The notes: generated from the letters alone by a model not told the origin. 64,000 bases of DNA from an uncultured Clostridium sp. (GCA_946565805.1 CAMNWO010000003.1:38814-102813); one strand, 5' to 3'. Counted from the first letter of the stretch, positions 32,880 through 43,015 are shown. A program made the numbers and translations.

Positions 32880-34112
32880 ATGGAACTAAAGACAAATTAT
32901 CAATATACCTATTTTATCCATCCATTTGTTATTAAGGATGGAAAATACCAAAAATACATATTAAAAATGTTAAAAGACAAAAACTGTAGTTTAAAAACCT
33001 TTCAAAGAGAGAGAGATTTTAAACTATATAAGTACTTTTTGCCAAAAGTTAGAGATTTTCTTTTTTCGAGCTTCAGCTATATGAATAGTAAGCTAAAGAA
33101 ATTAGAAGAATTGCCAATTGAGACAAGAGCAGCATTATTAGCTAAAAATCCGTGTAATATATTTGAATACACTTTAAAAAAGGATATCCAAGGAAAACTA
33201 GAAAAAAATAGTGGAATATTTTTTAATATCCAAAAGATAGAAATTATATGTTTTTCTACTGGTATTAGTTTTTTAGCGATAAAAACTAATGTAGAAGAAT
33301 ATGCAGAATTTAGTAACGTACTAAATTTTAATTATAAATTTAGAGATATAAATAATGATTTAGCAGAATTAGAAAACTATGATAACATTCGAATTCAAAC
33401 AGACAGTTTTGCAGATACTAAAACATTTCAAGAGTTAATTTATAGTATAACAGGTTCAAATAGTGAGGCAACAAGGCTAAATATCGATACAGAGAGATTT
33501 TTAACCTATTCTTATGCTTGTATTGACCAAGAAGCATGGAACCATGCAAAATCTTTTGATGAAATAAAATACCAATTTGTCAAATATGCTAACATCTTAC
33601 CAGCTGATAATAGTAGAGATTATGAATATGAAAGAGTAGAAACATTTTCCAAATGGAAATATGCCAAACTAGGATTAACAAAATTAGGTATGACCTTATT
33701 TTCATCTAGTAGTGATATGAATAATTATACCATACTTCCAGAAGAGTATGAAAATCAATACTTCTACACTTATATCTTTAATTTGTACAAAAAAATCTAT
33801 TTAAGAAAAATAGAACTAGAGCTAAAAGACATCAAAAAAATAAAAAAAGCAAGGAGAAAATTTGTAGAATTCACTAAAAATCTGTGGATTCAAGAAATTA
33901 CAGAAGATGAAACAGGAACCTTGTTAAACGATAAAATGCAAGAAGTTTTTGAACTAGACAAACTGTATAATCAAGTAAAATATAAATATGATATATTATA
34001 CAAAGAATTAAACTTTGAAAAAGAAAGAAAAGCGACAATTGTAATGGCAATTATATTGCTCATTTCATTGTTACTAAACATATTAAATTTTATGGCATTA
34101 AAAGGAAAATGA
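32880..34112 (+). CDS. Hypothetical protein (410 aa) with a C-terminal TM helix
   Basis: Long ORF bracketed by repeat copies. Its TGA stop (34110-34112) lies inside the repeat. No family recognised. Confidence 0.55.
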   Translation: MELKTNYQYTYFIHPFVIKDGKYQKYILKMLKDKNCSLKTFQRERDFKLYKYFLPKVRDFLFSSFSYMNSKLKKLEELPIETRAALLAKNPCNIFEYTLKKDIQGKLEKNSGIFFNIQKIEIICFSTGISFLAIKTNVEEYAEFSNVLNFNYKFRDINNDLAELENYDNIRIQTDSFADTKTFQELIYSITGSNSEATRLNIDTERFLTYSYACIDQEAWNHAKSFDEIKYQFVKYANILPADNSRDYEYERVETFSKWKYAKLGLTKLGMTLFSSSSDMNNYTILPEEYENQYFYTYIFNLYKKIYLRKIELELKDIKKIKKARRKFVEFTKNLWIQEITEDETGTLLNDKMQEVFELDKLYNQVKYKYDILYKELNFEKERKATIVMAIILLISLLLNILNFMALKGK

Positions 34113-34215
34113 GACAGTGGGGACAGGTCTTTTGTGTCTCATTTTATTATTTTTTATAGTTAATATTTTATTTGTTTTAAAATGAGACACAAAAGACCTG
34201 TCCCCACTGTCTCAT
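34109..34215. repeat. REPIN-like doublet: two exactly reverse-complementary 34-nt copies
   Basis: ATGAGACAGTGGGGACAGGTCTTTTGTGTCTCAT (34109..34142) and its exact reverse complement (34182..34215), separated by a 39-nt AT-rich spacer. Confidence 0.9.
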
Positions 34216-34250
34216 TTTAAAAATAATGAAATAGGAAAAGAGGAAAACAA

Positions 34251-34631
34251 ATGAAAATTTGTTGTGGAACAGATATTATTGAAATAGAAAGAATAAAGAA
34301 GAGTATAGAAGATGAAAAAATGGGGAAAGCATTTATAGAAAGAGTCTATACCAAAAAAGAAATAGAATATTGTGAAAGTAAGAAAACTCAAAAGTATCAA
34401 CATTATGCTGCAAGATTTGCAGCTAAGGAGGCAACGTTTAAAGCAATTTCTGAGCAATTAGAGGATAAATACTCCATTACATGGAAAAGCATAGAAGTCA
34501 TTAACAATGGACAGGGGAGGCCAGAACTAAATTTAATTGGAATTGACCTAAAAGATATCGAAGATATTGATTTAAGTATATCCCATTGCAAAGAATATGC
34601 GGTAGCAAACGTAACTTTGTTACGAAAATAA
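34251..34631 (+). CDS. acpS: Holo-[acyl-carrier-protein] synthase
   Basis: 126 aa. GTDIIEIERI..., FAAKEATFKA, GRPEL and ISHCKEYAVANV match the AcpS pattern. Confidence 0.85.
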   Translation: MKICCGTDIIEIERIKKSIEDEKMGKAFIERVYTKKEIEYCESKKTQKYQHYAARFAAKEATFKAISEQLEDKYSITWKSIEVINNGQGRPELNLIGIDLKDIEDIDLSISHCKEYAVANVTLLRK

Positions 34632-34675
34632 AATTGCTAGTAAAGATGGTTCTTTTTGATAATTTGGAGGTAAAG

Positions 34676-35456
34676 ATGGAATTATTTGATAGCCATGCTC
34701 ATTTAGATGATGAGAAATTTGATAATGATAGAGAAGAGTTAATTCAAGAAATAAAAAAAGCAGGAGTAGCCAATTTTATTTCTGCAGGTTATAGCCTAGA
34801 AGGCTCTAAAAAGGGGTTAGAATTAGCTCAAAAATATGATTTTATTTATACAACAGCAGGTGTTTCACCAAATGATATTCCACAAACGGAAGATGAATTG
34901 TGGAAAATGTTAAGAGAAATTGAACAAATTGTGAAACAAAGCGATAAGGTAGTGGCGATTGGAGAAATTGGGCTAGATTATTATTGGGAAAAAGAAAATA
35001 AAGAATTACAGAAACTAGCTTTTATAAAGCAAATAGAATTGGCGAACTATTTGAAAAAGCCAATTGTTATTCACACACGAGAAGCAGTTATGGATACTTT
35101 AGAAATATTAAAACAAAATGAGGTAATAAAAAAAGGTGTATTTCATTGTTGCCCATTAAATCGAGAATTAGTTAAAGAAGCTTTAAAACTAGGGTTTCAT
35201 ATTTCTTTTGCAGGGCCAATTACTTTTAAAAATTCAAAGAATGCAGATGAAATTATCCGGAATGGTACCAAATGAGAGAATATTAATAGAGACAGATAGT
35301 CCTTATTTATCACCTGAGCCTTTAAGGGGAAGAAGAAATGACCCTAGAAATGTAAAATTCATTGCTCAAAAAGTGGCTGATGTGAAACAAATAAGTTTAG
35401 AAGCGGTAGCTCAAATAACTTATGAAAATGCGAAAAGAATATTTGACATTAAATAG
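34676..35456 (+). CDS. tatD: TatD-family metal-dependent DNase/hydrolase; frame interrupted at in-frame CGG 35258 (+1 shift needed)
   Basis: ATG 34676 follows GGAGG. It has MELFDSHAHLD, GEIGLDYYW and HTREA motifs. Skipping C35258 joins ..[33 protein letters not shown].. (pieces 34586..35275 and 35208..35456). Confidence 0.9.
35258..35261 (+). other. In-frame CGG-A, +1 recoding/frameshift site (tatD)
   Basis: ATC CGG AAT GGT ACC AAA TGA in frame 0. ATC [C] GGA ATG GTA CCA AAT GAG gives the conserved ..ERILIETD.. continuation. Confidence 0.75.
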
Positions 35457-35471
35457 AAAATAAAAGGTAAA

Positions 35472-35506
35472 AAGAGATAAAATTCTAAAAAGAAAGTTAT
35501 CTCTTT
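35472..35506. terminator. Bidirectional terminator hairpin between tatD and htpX
   Basis: AAGAGATAA ... TTATCTCTT, a 9-bp stem flanked by A-run and T-run sequences. Confidence 0.55.
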
Positions 35507-35512
35507 TATTTT

Positions 35513-36418
35513 TTACTTCAAGTTTTTTAAAGCTTCTATTCTATCTTCAATACTAGGATGAGTAGACCATAGGTTAGAAGATTTCTTTTTTCCTTCTTTT
35601 GTATTTTGTTTAAAAGGATTAACAATATACATATTAGCAGTAGCACTATTGGCAGTTGCTAATTGATTGTCATCGCTATCTAATTTTTGAAGGGCAGAAA
35701 TCAAACCATCTGGATTACGAGTGAATTGGATGGCAGTAGTATCAGCCAAAAACTCTCTTTTTCTGGAAAGAGCTAATTGCATTAAAGAACCAAAAATAGG
35801 AGATAATATTAAAAAGACAAGTCCAATTATCATTAAAATACCATTTCCTTTATTGTCACTGTCTCTATCATCATCAAGTCTTCCCCAAAATAAAGCTCGA
35901 GAGAAAATATCAGAAAGCATGACCATAAATCCAACCATAACAGAAACAATACAGCTAAGACGAATATCATAATTTCTAATATGGCTTAATTCATGAGCAA
36001 TTACACCTTCTAATTCGTAATAATCTAATTTTTCTAATAAACCAGTTGTTACACAAATAACCGCATTTTCTGGATTTCTTCCTGTAGCAAAGGCATTTGG
36101 CTGAGGGTCATCTGTCACGTACAATCTAGGTTTAACTGGTAAACCAGAAGTAACCATTAAAGCATCTAAGATATTTACAATTTTTAAATCTTCTTCTTTT
36201 GTAGCAGGTCTAGCATGGTTTAATGATAGAACGATTTGATCACTATAATAGTAAGAACCCCAAGCAGACACAATAGAAAAAGCAAGTGCAATTACGATAG
36301 AAATAGGACCTAAATCTAAAGCATAACAGATGTAATAAACAATTAAAGCGATTACAATGATAAAGATACTGATAATTACACCTGATTCCATTTTATTTTT
36401 CTTTATATTTTCAAACAT
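35513..36418 (-). CDS. htpX: M48-family zinc metalloprotease HtpX
   Basis: TM helices, HELSHIRNYD (HExxH), and pairing with lemA. ATG 36418 is preferred over the upstream ATG 36463. Confidence 0.85.
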   Translation of the reverse strand: MFENIKKNKMESGVIISIFIIVIALIVYYICYALDLGPISIVIALAFSIVSAWGSYYYSDQIVLSLNHARPATKEEDLKIVNILDALMVTSGLPVKPRLYVTDDPQPNAFATGRNPENAVICVTTGLLEKLDYYELEGVIAHELSHIRNYDIRLSCIVSVMVGFMVMLSDIFSRALFWGRLDDDRDSDNKGNGILMIIGLVFLILSPIFGSLMQLALSRKREFLADTTAIQFTRNPDGLISALQKLDSDDNQLATANSATANMYIVNPFKQNTKEGKKKSSNLWSTHPSIEDRIEALKNLK

Positions 36419-36480
36419 TTTAAAATCCTTTCTTAATATAATAAAGGCTGGAAATTGTTCCAACCTCCAACCTTATTATT

Positions 36481-37035
36481 CTATGAAAAATCTACTTTTA
36501 CATTTTTTCTAGCTTCATCGTTTTCTGTTCTAAATAATTCTTTTGCTGTAAAATTAAACATGTTAGCGATGATGTTAGAAGGGAATACTTGTAATTTTGT
36601 GTTATACATAGTTACTGTATCATTGTAGAATTGTCTAGAAAAAGAAATTTTATTTTCTGTATTTCTTAGTTCTTCTGACAAATCTGAAAAGTTTTGATTT
36701 GCTTTTAATTCTGGATAATTTTCAGAAACAGCCATAATGGTTTTTAAAGCTGTAGATAATTGATTATCTAAATCAGCCTTTTCAGCAACACTTTGTGTAT
36801 TTGCCCAAGAAGTTCTAAGAGCTGCTATTTTTTCAAAAGTTTCTCTTTCATGGTTCATATAACCTTTTACGGTTTCTACAAAATTTGGTATTAAATCAAA
36901 TCTTCTTTGTAATTGTACATCAATTTGGCTCCAAGCATTGTCTACTCTTATTTTAGATTGTACTAAACTATTATACATTCCAATGATGGCAATAACAAGG
37001 ATAACAACAATTGCTAATATAATCCAACCAATCAT
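36481..37035 (-). CDS. lemA: LemA-family membrane protein
   Basis: N-terminal TM helix plus YNSLV...VDNAWSQIDVQLQRRFDLIPN..ETVKGY, the characteristic LemA motif. Confidence 0.85.
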   Translation of the reverse strand: MIGWIILAIVVILVIAIIGMYNSLVQSKIRVDNAWSQIDVQLQRRFDLIPNFVETVKGYMNHERETFEKIAALRTSWANTQSVAEKADLDNQLSTALKTIMAVSENYPELKANQNFSDLSEELRNTENKISFSRQFYNDTVTMYNTKLQVFPSNIIANMFNFTAKELFRTENDEARKNVKVDFS

Positions 37036-37145
37036 GCGAATTCCTCCTTAATTTCTATTATATACAAAAGTATCATATCATATTAAAAAAAATTATACAA
37101 CGGAAATGTGAAAAAATGTGAAAAATCCGTATAAGTATTTACTTT

Positions 37146-39530
37146 TTAATTTACAAATACATTAATCCAATAACTACTTTCACTAGGATTACTTGGAATC
37201 GTTATACTGTCATGACTATCCCAGTCTCCTGTAATAGAATAGCATTGTGCATAGCTAAATGTATGTCCACTTGGTATGGATATTCCTAAATTAGATAAAT
37301 TACTAGTATCTTTAAAATTAATTGTTGTACCAGTCTTTAAATCTAATGAAACAGAATTGATTTGATTCTGATTATAATAAAATGCAATTGTAACAGGTAT
37401 CTTAGTATCTTGTTTTTCTTTTACAAAAATATTAATCCAATAATTACTTTCATTAGGCTCATTTGGAATCGTTATACTATCATAACTATCCCAGTTTCCT
37501 GTAATAGCATAACATTGTGCATAAGAAAAAGTATAATTATCTGGAATACTAATTCCAAGTGCAGACATGCTATTTACATCTTTAAAATTAATGGTTGTAC
37601 CTAATGCAACATTCTTCTGTGTTGAGCTTAACTGTACATTTCCATTTGATTGATTGTAATAGGCAAATGTTACAGGAATTTTCTTTGCAGTTCCAGTTAT
37701 TGTATTTTGAGTTCCTTCAGAGGCACCTTCTTTAAATGCTTGTTTGAATTTTATATTTTCTGTAGCAATGGTCTCTTCAATTGTGATTTTACCTATATTA
37801 TTTGCCGATAAATCTTCATCCCACATATTAGAATTTGCAAATTGAATTGCATAATCGGAGTTATTTTTATTTGCAAATTTTAAATATACATTCCAGTCAC
37901 CACTTGCTATATCACTTGGTACATAGAAATAGAAATTGACATCTGTCGTTTTACCACTATTTAGATTTTTTGCATTTACATTTAGTGCTGTTTCATAATA
38001 TATATTATCTTTTCTTAGTAAAACCGTTGCTTTTTGAGTTTTTACGATATCACCAAATCCTGCATTTTCTATTTTTAGATGGACTCCTGCAATTTCACCT
38101 TTTTCAGCTGAAGAGGAAATTTTAGAGTTTCTTACAATAAATCTATAACCTAAATGGTCTGCTATATATTTATATGCTGTTGTTCCATTGTATTCTGAAT
38201 TTGAATTTGTATAAGTTTGATTTTGCCATTTATTTTTTAATATTAAAGTGTTAAACTGACTGTTTAAATATGAAGTATGTGTTTTTGGCATTTCTGTTAA
38301 CGCAAAACTACTTTCACTATATTGTTCGTCATCAGGATTATAGCCAGCATCTGTTGTAGAAAATTTTGTTACTTCTCCTCCATATAAAGTATATTTTCCC
38401 TGTGTTTGCATCCAATTAACAAAATCATTTCTGGTAATGCCATTATCAAAAGTTCCTAAATCTGTTGCACTTCCTAAATATCCATCATTAAAAATTCCTA
38501 ATCTTTTTTGTGAATTATTTAATTCACCTACTACTATATTGTAAAAATAAGGTTTGCGTACATTTATTAGAATTTCACTTGGTGTATTATTTAATAATGT
38601 TTCAATAAGAGATTTATAATAATTATCTTCTTGATATGCTGGTGCAGAATGCATTTCTCCCCATGGACCTAAAAATCCAGCTTCTACTGTAGATATGATG
38701 TCTTTATTTGTTGTAAAGAAAGAAGATAATTGTTCAATATGGTTAGTTATAGTAGAAAATGATTTAGGTTCATTGCCAATAGAGCCGTTCGTATCATAAG
38801 CAAATCTTACGATTGCATTTAAATTATTTTCTCTAATGGTTTCAAACAATGTGTTTAGTGAAGATATTTGTGCAGATGTAAAATTTTTATCTACACTATC
38901 AGCATTAACATTTCCTGAAAGTTGTCCTATATCAATTCTTAAATGTAATATTTGTATCTTATCATTTTTAGCTTGTGTACATTCATATTGTATACTGCTT
39001 TCAGTAGAAAATGTATTAGCATTTAATGTTACAATAACAGGTCGATAAAGACCTCTATCTGGGTTCATTATAGCATTAGTGCTATCTTGATAATTAATGG
39101 ATTGCTCGATTAGTTTGGCATCTATTTTTGATGTATCAATTTCGATGTCTTCTAAATATAGGATATTTCCATTTTCATCTACTTTGTATTGATGTTGTGT
39201 GTTATTAAATGTTACATATATAAAATATCCATTGTCTGTATCTTCTGAGGAAGTATCAACATCATTTCCATTATTTATTAGTTCTGTTTGCAAAAGGTCA
39301 TTTGTTACTTTGCTTTCATTATTATTTATACATGCTAAATAAGAAATGGATATTTGTTCTTTTTCCATAGATATAATATGTTTTTCTTTTGCTTGTTTTG
39401 CTTTACTTATTAGTCCATTATCACCAAGTAAGGCGCTAATACTTATTCCTGCTAGTATTAGCAAGACAATTATTGTAATAACAAGCGAGATAAGAGTGAT
39501 TCCTCTTATCTTTCTAATTTTGTTTTTCAT
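37146..39530 (-). CDS. Large exoprotein: pilin-like N-terminus (RG|ITLISLVITIIVLLILAG), DUF4874/DUF4832-like glycoside-hydrolase-like core, two tandem C-terminal ~90-aa repeats
   Basis: Leader as in the FGE paralogs. AGFLGPWGEMHS and LHLRIDIGQLSG recall the DUF4832/4874 family (recollection only). The C-terminal modules IPVT(F/I)A(Y/F)Y...SYAQCY(A/S)ITG(N/D)WDS.DSITIP..P.ES.YWIN(I/V)FV are duplicated. ATG 39530 follows AAGGAAGG. Confidence 0.65.
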   Translation of the reverse strand: MKNKIRKIRGITLISLVITIIVLLILAGISISALLGDNGLISKAKQAKEKHIISMEKEQISISYLACINNNESKVTNDLLQTELINNGNDVDTSSEDTDNGYFIYVTFNNTQHQYKVDENGNILYLEDIEIDTSKIDAKLIEQSINYQDSTNAIMNPDRGLYRPVIVTLNANTFSTESSIQYECTQAKNDKIQILHLRIDIGQLSGNVNADSVDKNFTSAQISSLNTLFETIRENNLNAIVRFAYDTNGSIGNEPKSFSTITNHIEQLSSFFTTNKDIISTVEAGFLGPWGEMHSAPAYQEDNYYKSLIETLLNNTPSEILINVRKPYFYNIVVGELNNSQKRLGIFNDGYLGSATDLGTFDNGITRNDFVNWMQTQGKYTLYGGEVTKFSTTDAGYNPDDEQYSESSFALTEMPKTHTSYLNSQFNTLILKNKWQNQTYTNSNSEYNGTTAYKYIADHLGYRFIVRNSKISSSAEKGEIAGVHLKIENAGFGDIVKTQKATVLLRKDNIYYETALNVNAKNLNSGKTTDVNFYFYVPSDIASGDWNVYLKFANKNNSDYAIQFANSNMWDEDLSANNIGKITIEETIATENIKFKQAFKEGASEGTQNTITGTAKKIPVTFAYYNQSNGNVQLSSTQKNVALGTTINFKDVNSMSALGISIPDNYTFSYAQCYAITGNWDSYDSITIPNEPNESNYWINIFVKEKQDTKIPVTIAFYYNQNQINSVSLDLKTGTTINFKDTSNLSNLGISIPSGHTFSYAQCYSITGDWDSHDSITIPSNPSESSYWINVFVN

Positions 39531-39838
39531 TATAAAACCTTCCTTTCTATCTTTTGTTAAAAAATTCAAATTTTAATTTTTACATTTATAGTTTAGCAAA
39601 GTTTTATGTCTATATCAATACGTTCTGGTAAATTTTTTGTTCTATATAATTTAATCAAATTTTAATAGATAAAAAGCGAAGTAAAATAGTCATATTTTAA
39701 AAATTCATACATATAATAGAATAAACATTTATATACAATAGAAGGACAAAGAGTAGGAACTAAAATTTACCAAATTTGACAAAAAAAGATAAAAATGTTA
39801 TAATCTAATTGTTGCCAAAAAGGAGGTAATTAATTTAT

Positions 39839-40765
39839 ATGAAAAAAGAAGAAAAAGCTTCGCTTTCTATAATGAAAATCATCTGTATTAGCATCATATT
39901 AATCCTAATTTCAGGAATTGGTGTTATGGCAGTAAACACAAAATTAAGTGATGTTAAAATCATCCTACAAAATGGATATGAAATGACAGCACTTACATCA
40001 AAAACGAAAGTATCTGAAATATTAGAAGAAAATAATATCATATTGGAAGAAAACCAAAAAACCATACCAGACTTAAATAGTGAAATAACAGCAGGAGAAA
40101 GTATTAAAATTACAGATAAGTCATACCAAGAAGTACAAATTGCTAAAATAGCGGAGGAAGGAGTAGAAACATCCTTAAATCAACTACTAGAAAACTATGC
40201 ACCAATTACAGAAAAAATAGTAGTAGAGCAAGTAGCAATACCATATGAAACGATTACAAAAAATGCAACGGGAGATACAGCAAACGCAACCAATAAAGTC
40301 TTAAAACAAGGGAAAGATGGATTAAAAGAAATTACTTATAAAGTAAAATACCAAAATGAAGTAGAAATTGAAAAAATAGTATTATCAGAAGTAGTAGTAA
40401 AAGAACCTGTTAATAAAATTGTGCAAGTACAAAAAACAGTAACATCAAGAGCATCAACATTGCCAAGAACAAGCAATAGTACAGGAGGAACTACTTTTAA
40501 AATAACAGCTTACTGTCCATGTGCGAAATGTTGTGGAAAAGCGACAGGAAGAACGGCTGCGGGAACAAAGGCAACAGCAGGAAGAACTGTAGCGGCATCT
40601 AGCCAATTTGCATTTGGAACTAAATTAAACATTGGAGGGCACACCTATGTAGTAGAAGACAGAGGTGGAGCAGTAAAAGGTAACAAAATTGATATTTTCG
40701 TAAACTCTCATGCAGAAGCTTTACAATGGGGAGTTAGATATTTGAACGTTAGCGTAGTAAATTAA
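39839..40765 (+). CDS. Cell-wall-associated DUF348/G5/3D-domain protein (YabE-like)
   Basis: TM anchor, a DUF348-like segment (VKIILQNGYEMTALTSKTKVSEILEENNI), a G5-like segment (VLKQGKDGLKEITYKVKYQNE) and a 3D domain (FKITAYCPCAKCCGK..GT..VAAS...VVEDRGGAVKGNKIDIF). Confidence 0.8.
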   Translation: MKKEEKASLSIMKIICISIILILISGIGVMAVNTKLSDVKIILQNGYEMTALTSKTKVSEILEENNIILEENQKTIPDLNSEITAGESIKITDKSYQEVQIAKIAEEGVETSLNQLLENYAPITEKIVVEQVAIPYETITKNATGDTANATNKVLKQGKDGLKEITYKVKYQNEVEIEKIVLSEVVVKEPVNKIVQVQKTVTSRASTLPRTSNSTGGTTFKITAYCPCAKCCGKATGRTAAGTKATAGRTVAASSQFAFGTKLNIGGHTYVVEDRGGAVKGNKIDIFVNSHAEALQWGVRYLNVSVVN

Positions 40766-40840
40766 TTAAATAAGAAGAAGTAAGAGAAATAGTAAGAACA
40801 TTAAAACTTGCTATTTTTCTTATTTTATAGTAAAATGATG

Positions 40841-40954
40841 ACGATGTTTTTTGGGACGGGGTCAAAAAACATCGCCCATATTTTTTATATAATATATGGA
40901 TGAGATTAAAAGAAAAGCAAACGATGTTTTTTAACCCCGTCCCAAAAAACATCG
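40841..40954. repeat. Repeat family 3 doublet: ACGATGTTTTTT-[GGGACGGGGT / AACCCCGTCCC]-AAAAAACATCG
   Basis: Two 34-nt hairpin units (40841..40874 and 40921..40954) with identical palindromic arms and an inverted GGGAC-containing centre. Confidence 0.85.
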
Positions 40955-40971
40955 CAAGAAAGGGAGAAAAA

Positions 40972-41728
40972 ATGAAATTAATTTCATGGAACGTAAATGG
41001 AATACGAGCATGTGTAAACAAAGGGTTTAAAGAATTTTTTGAACAAACACAAGCAGATATATTTTGTATTCAAGAAACAAAATGCCAGCCAGAGCAAATT
41101 GATTTAGCATTTGAAGGGTACCAAAGTTATTGGAATAGTGCAGAAAAAAAGGGTTACTCAGGAACTGCCATTTTTACAAAAAAGAAACCAATTGCAGTAA
41201 CTTATGGTATAGGAATAGAAGAACATGACAAAGAAGGAAGAATTATTACACTAGAATTTGAAGATTTCTATTTAGTAAATAACTATACACCAAATTCTAA
41301 AAGAGGACTGGAAAGACTAGAGTATAGACAAATTTGGGAAGACGAAATTAGAAAGTATTTGTTAGATTTAAATAAAAACAAGCCAGTCATTATGTGTGGA
41401 GATTTGAATGTAGCACATCAAGAAATTGACTTGAAGAATCCAAAAACGAATAGAGGAAATGCAGGATTTACAGACGAAGAAAGAGAAAAAATGACACAAC
41501 TATTAGAAGCAGGGTTTACAGATAGTTTTCGATATTTATATCCAGAAAAAGAAGAAGCTTATAGTTGGTGGTCTTATATGGGACGAGCAAGAGAAAAAAA
41601 TGTAGGATGGAGAATTGATTATTTTATTGTATCTAATGATGGACAAAATAAAATTAAAGAAGCAATGATTTATCCAGAAGTTATGGGAAGCGACCATTGT
41701 CCAGTGCGGATTAGAACTTGCGAAATGA
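40972..41728 (+). CDS. xth: Exodeoxyribonuclease III (ExoA/Xth family AP endonuclease); C-terminus rewritten if in-frame CGG 41707 is read with a +1 shift
   Basis: MKLISWNVNGIRA..., CIQETK, NVAHQEIDL and GSDHCPV. Frame 0 gives ..HCPVRIRTCEMRQ* (stop 41740-41742). Skipping C41707 gives ..HCPV-G-LELAK* (TGA 41726-41728), the usual short ExoIII-type ending. Confidence 0.85.
41707..41710 (+). other. In-frame CGG-A, candidate +1 recoding site (xth), not visible in the ORF track
   Basis: GTG CGG ATT AGA versus GTG [C] GGA TTA GAA CTT GCG AAA TGA. Confidence 0.6.
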
Positions 41729-41795
41729 GACAGTAGGGACAGGTATAAATTACGACAAAATGTCTAGTTGCGTGCCTGTCCCAAATTACGACAAG
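41725..41795. repeat. Composite repeat: half copy ATGAGACAGTAGGGACAGGT, inverted CCTGTCCC, and a direct repeat AAATTACGACAA x2
   Basis: GGGACAGG (41736..41743) and CCTGTCCC (41775..41782). AAATTACGACAA occurs at 41747 and 41783. Confidence 0.6.
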
Positions 41796-41814
41796 TGAAA
41801 GGAAGGAGAATTTA

Positions 41815-42963
41815 ATGAACGAGTTGAAAAATCATGGAAAGAAATGGCTATATTGGTTTGTATTGGCAGTAGCTATTATAATTGTATATAAGGCTTTAGA
41901 CAATTTTGGTGATGTTATGGGGATGGTAATGAAATTTTTTGATATTATTACACCATTTTTAGCTGGAATTTTTATTAGTTATTTGTTATATATGCCTTGT
42001 AGAAAGATTGAAGAAGCTTATAAAAAGTCTAAGATAAAATTGATAGCAAAAAAATCTAGAGCTTTAGGAATTTTAACAGTGTATCTTATTATTTTGTTAT
42101 TATTAATTATATTGATTAACTTTATTTTACCAGTTGTGTTTGAGAGTGTGGTAGATTTAATTAATAATATACAGAATTATTATGAAATAGCGATTAGTAA
42201 ATATAATAATTTACCAGAAGATAATATTTTAAAAAGTGATATAGTAAATGATGCCATACAAAATGTGCAAAATCTTAATATTAAGCAATATTTTAAACTA
42301 GATAAAATATTAGAATATGTCATAAGCGCTATTGATGCTGTAACAGGATTATTTGATGTAGTAGTTGCTGTAATTGTATCGGTATATATCTTGGCAGAGA
42401 GAGTACAAATTCTAAATTCTATTAAAAAATTAGCAGAGGCAGTATTAAAAGAAAAAACTTACAAAAACTTAGGAAAGTATTTTAATAATTCGAATGAAAT
42501 CTTTTTCAAGTTCATCGCTAGTCAATTTCTAGATGCCATCATTGTAGGAATTTTGGTGACGATTGCGATGACGATTATGGGTGTTAGATATGCACCATTG
42601 CTAGGATTTTTAATTGGATTATTTAATATGATACCATACATTGGAGCTATTATTGCGGTAGCCATTTCAGCACTGATTACATTAATAACAGGAGGGGTAT
42701 CGCAAGCGATTTGGATGTTAATTGTAGTAATCATTCTACAACAAATTGATGCCAATATTATTAATCCAAAAATTATAGGACAATCTTTAAAAATTAGTCC
42801 ATTGTTAGTAATATTTGCGATTACAGTGGGAGGAGCCTACTTTGGAATTATAGGTATGTTTTTAGCTGTGCCAGCGATTGCGGTAATTCGAATTGTAGTA
42901 GAAGATTATATTGATTATAAGATAGCTATCCGTAAGGATTTGCAACAAAAAGAAAGCCAATAG
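41815..42963 (+). CDS. AI-2E family transporter (PerM/UPF0118)
   Basis: 382-aa polytopic protein. NMIPYIGAIIAV...QQIDANIINPKIIGQSLKISPLLVIFA..GG..FGIIGMFLAVP is typical of the family. Confidence 0.8.
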   Translation: MNELKNHGKKWLYWFVLAVAIIIVYKALDNFGDVMGMVMKFFDIITPFLAGIFISYLLYMPCRKIEEAYKKSKIKLIAKKSRALGILTVYLIILLLLIILINFILPVVFESVVDLINNIQNYYEIAISKYNNLPEDNILKSDIVNDAIQNVQNLNIKQYFKLDKILEYVISAIDAVTGLFDVVVAVIVSVYILAERVQILNSIKKLAEAVLKEKTYKNLGKYFNNSNEIFFKFIASQFLDAIIVGILVTIAMTIMGVRYAPLLGFLIGLFNMIPYIGAIIAVAISALITLITGGVSQAIWMLIVVIILQQIDANIINPKIIGQSLKISPLLVIFAITVGGAYFGIIGMFLAVPAIAVIRIVVEDYIDYKIAIRKDLQQKESQ

Positions 42964-42980
42964 ATTAAAAATAGAAAAAA

Positions 42981-43010
42981 GAAATTATTAACGTGATTGT
43001 TAATAATTTC
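42981..43010. terminator. Bidirectional terminator hairpin
   Basis: GAAATTATTAAC-GTGATT-GTTAATAATTTC followed by a T-run, between convergent genes. Confidence 0.6.
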
Positions 43011-43015
43011 TTTTT

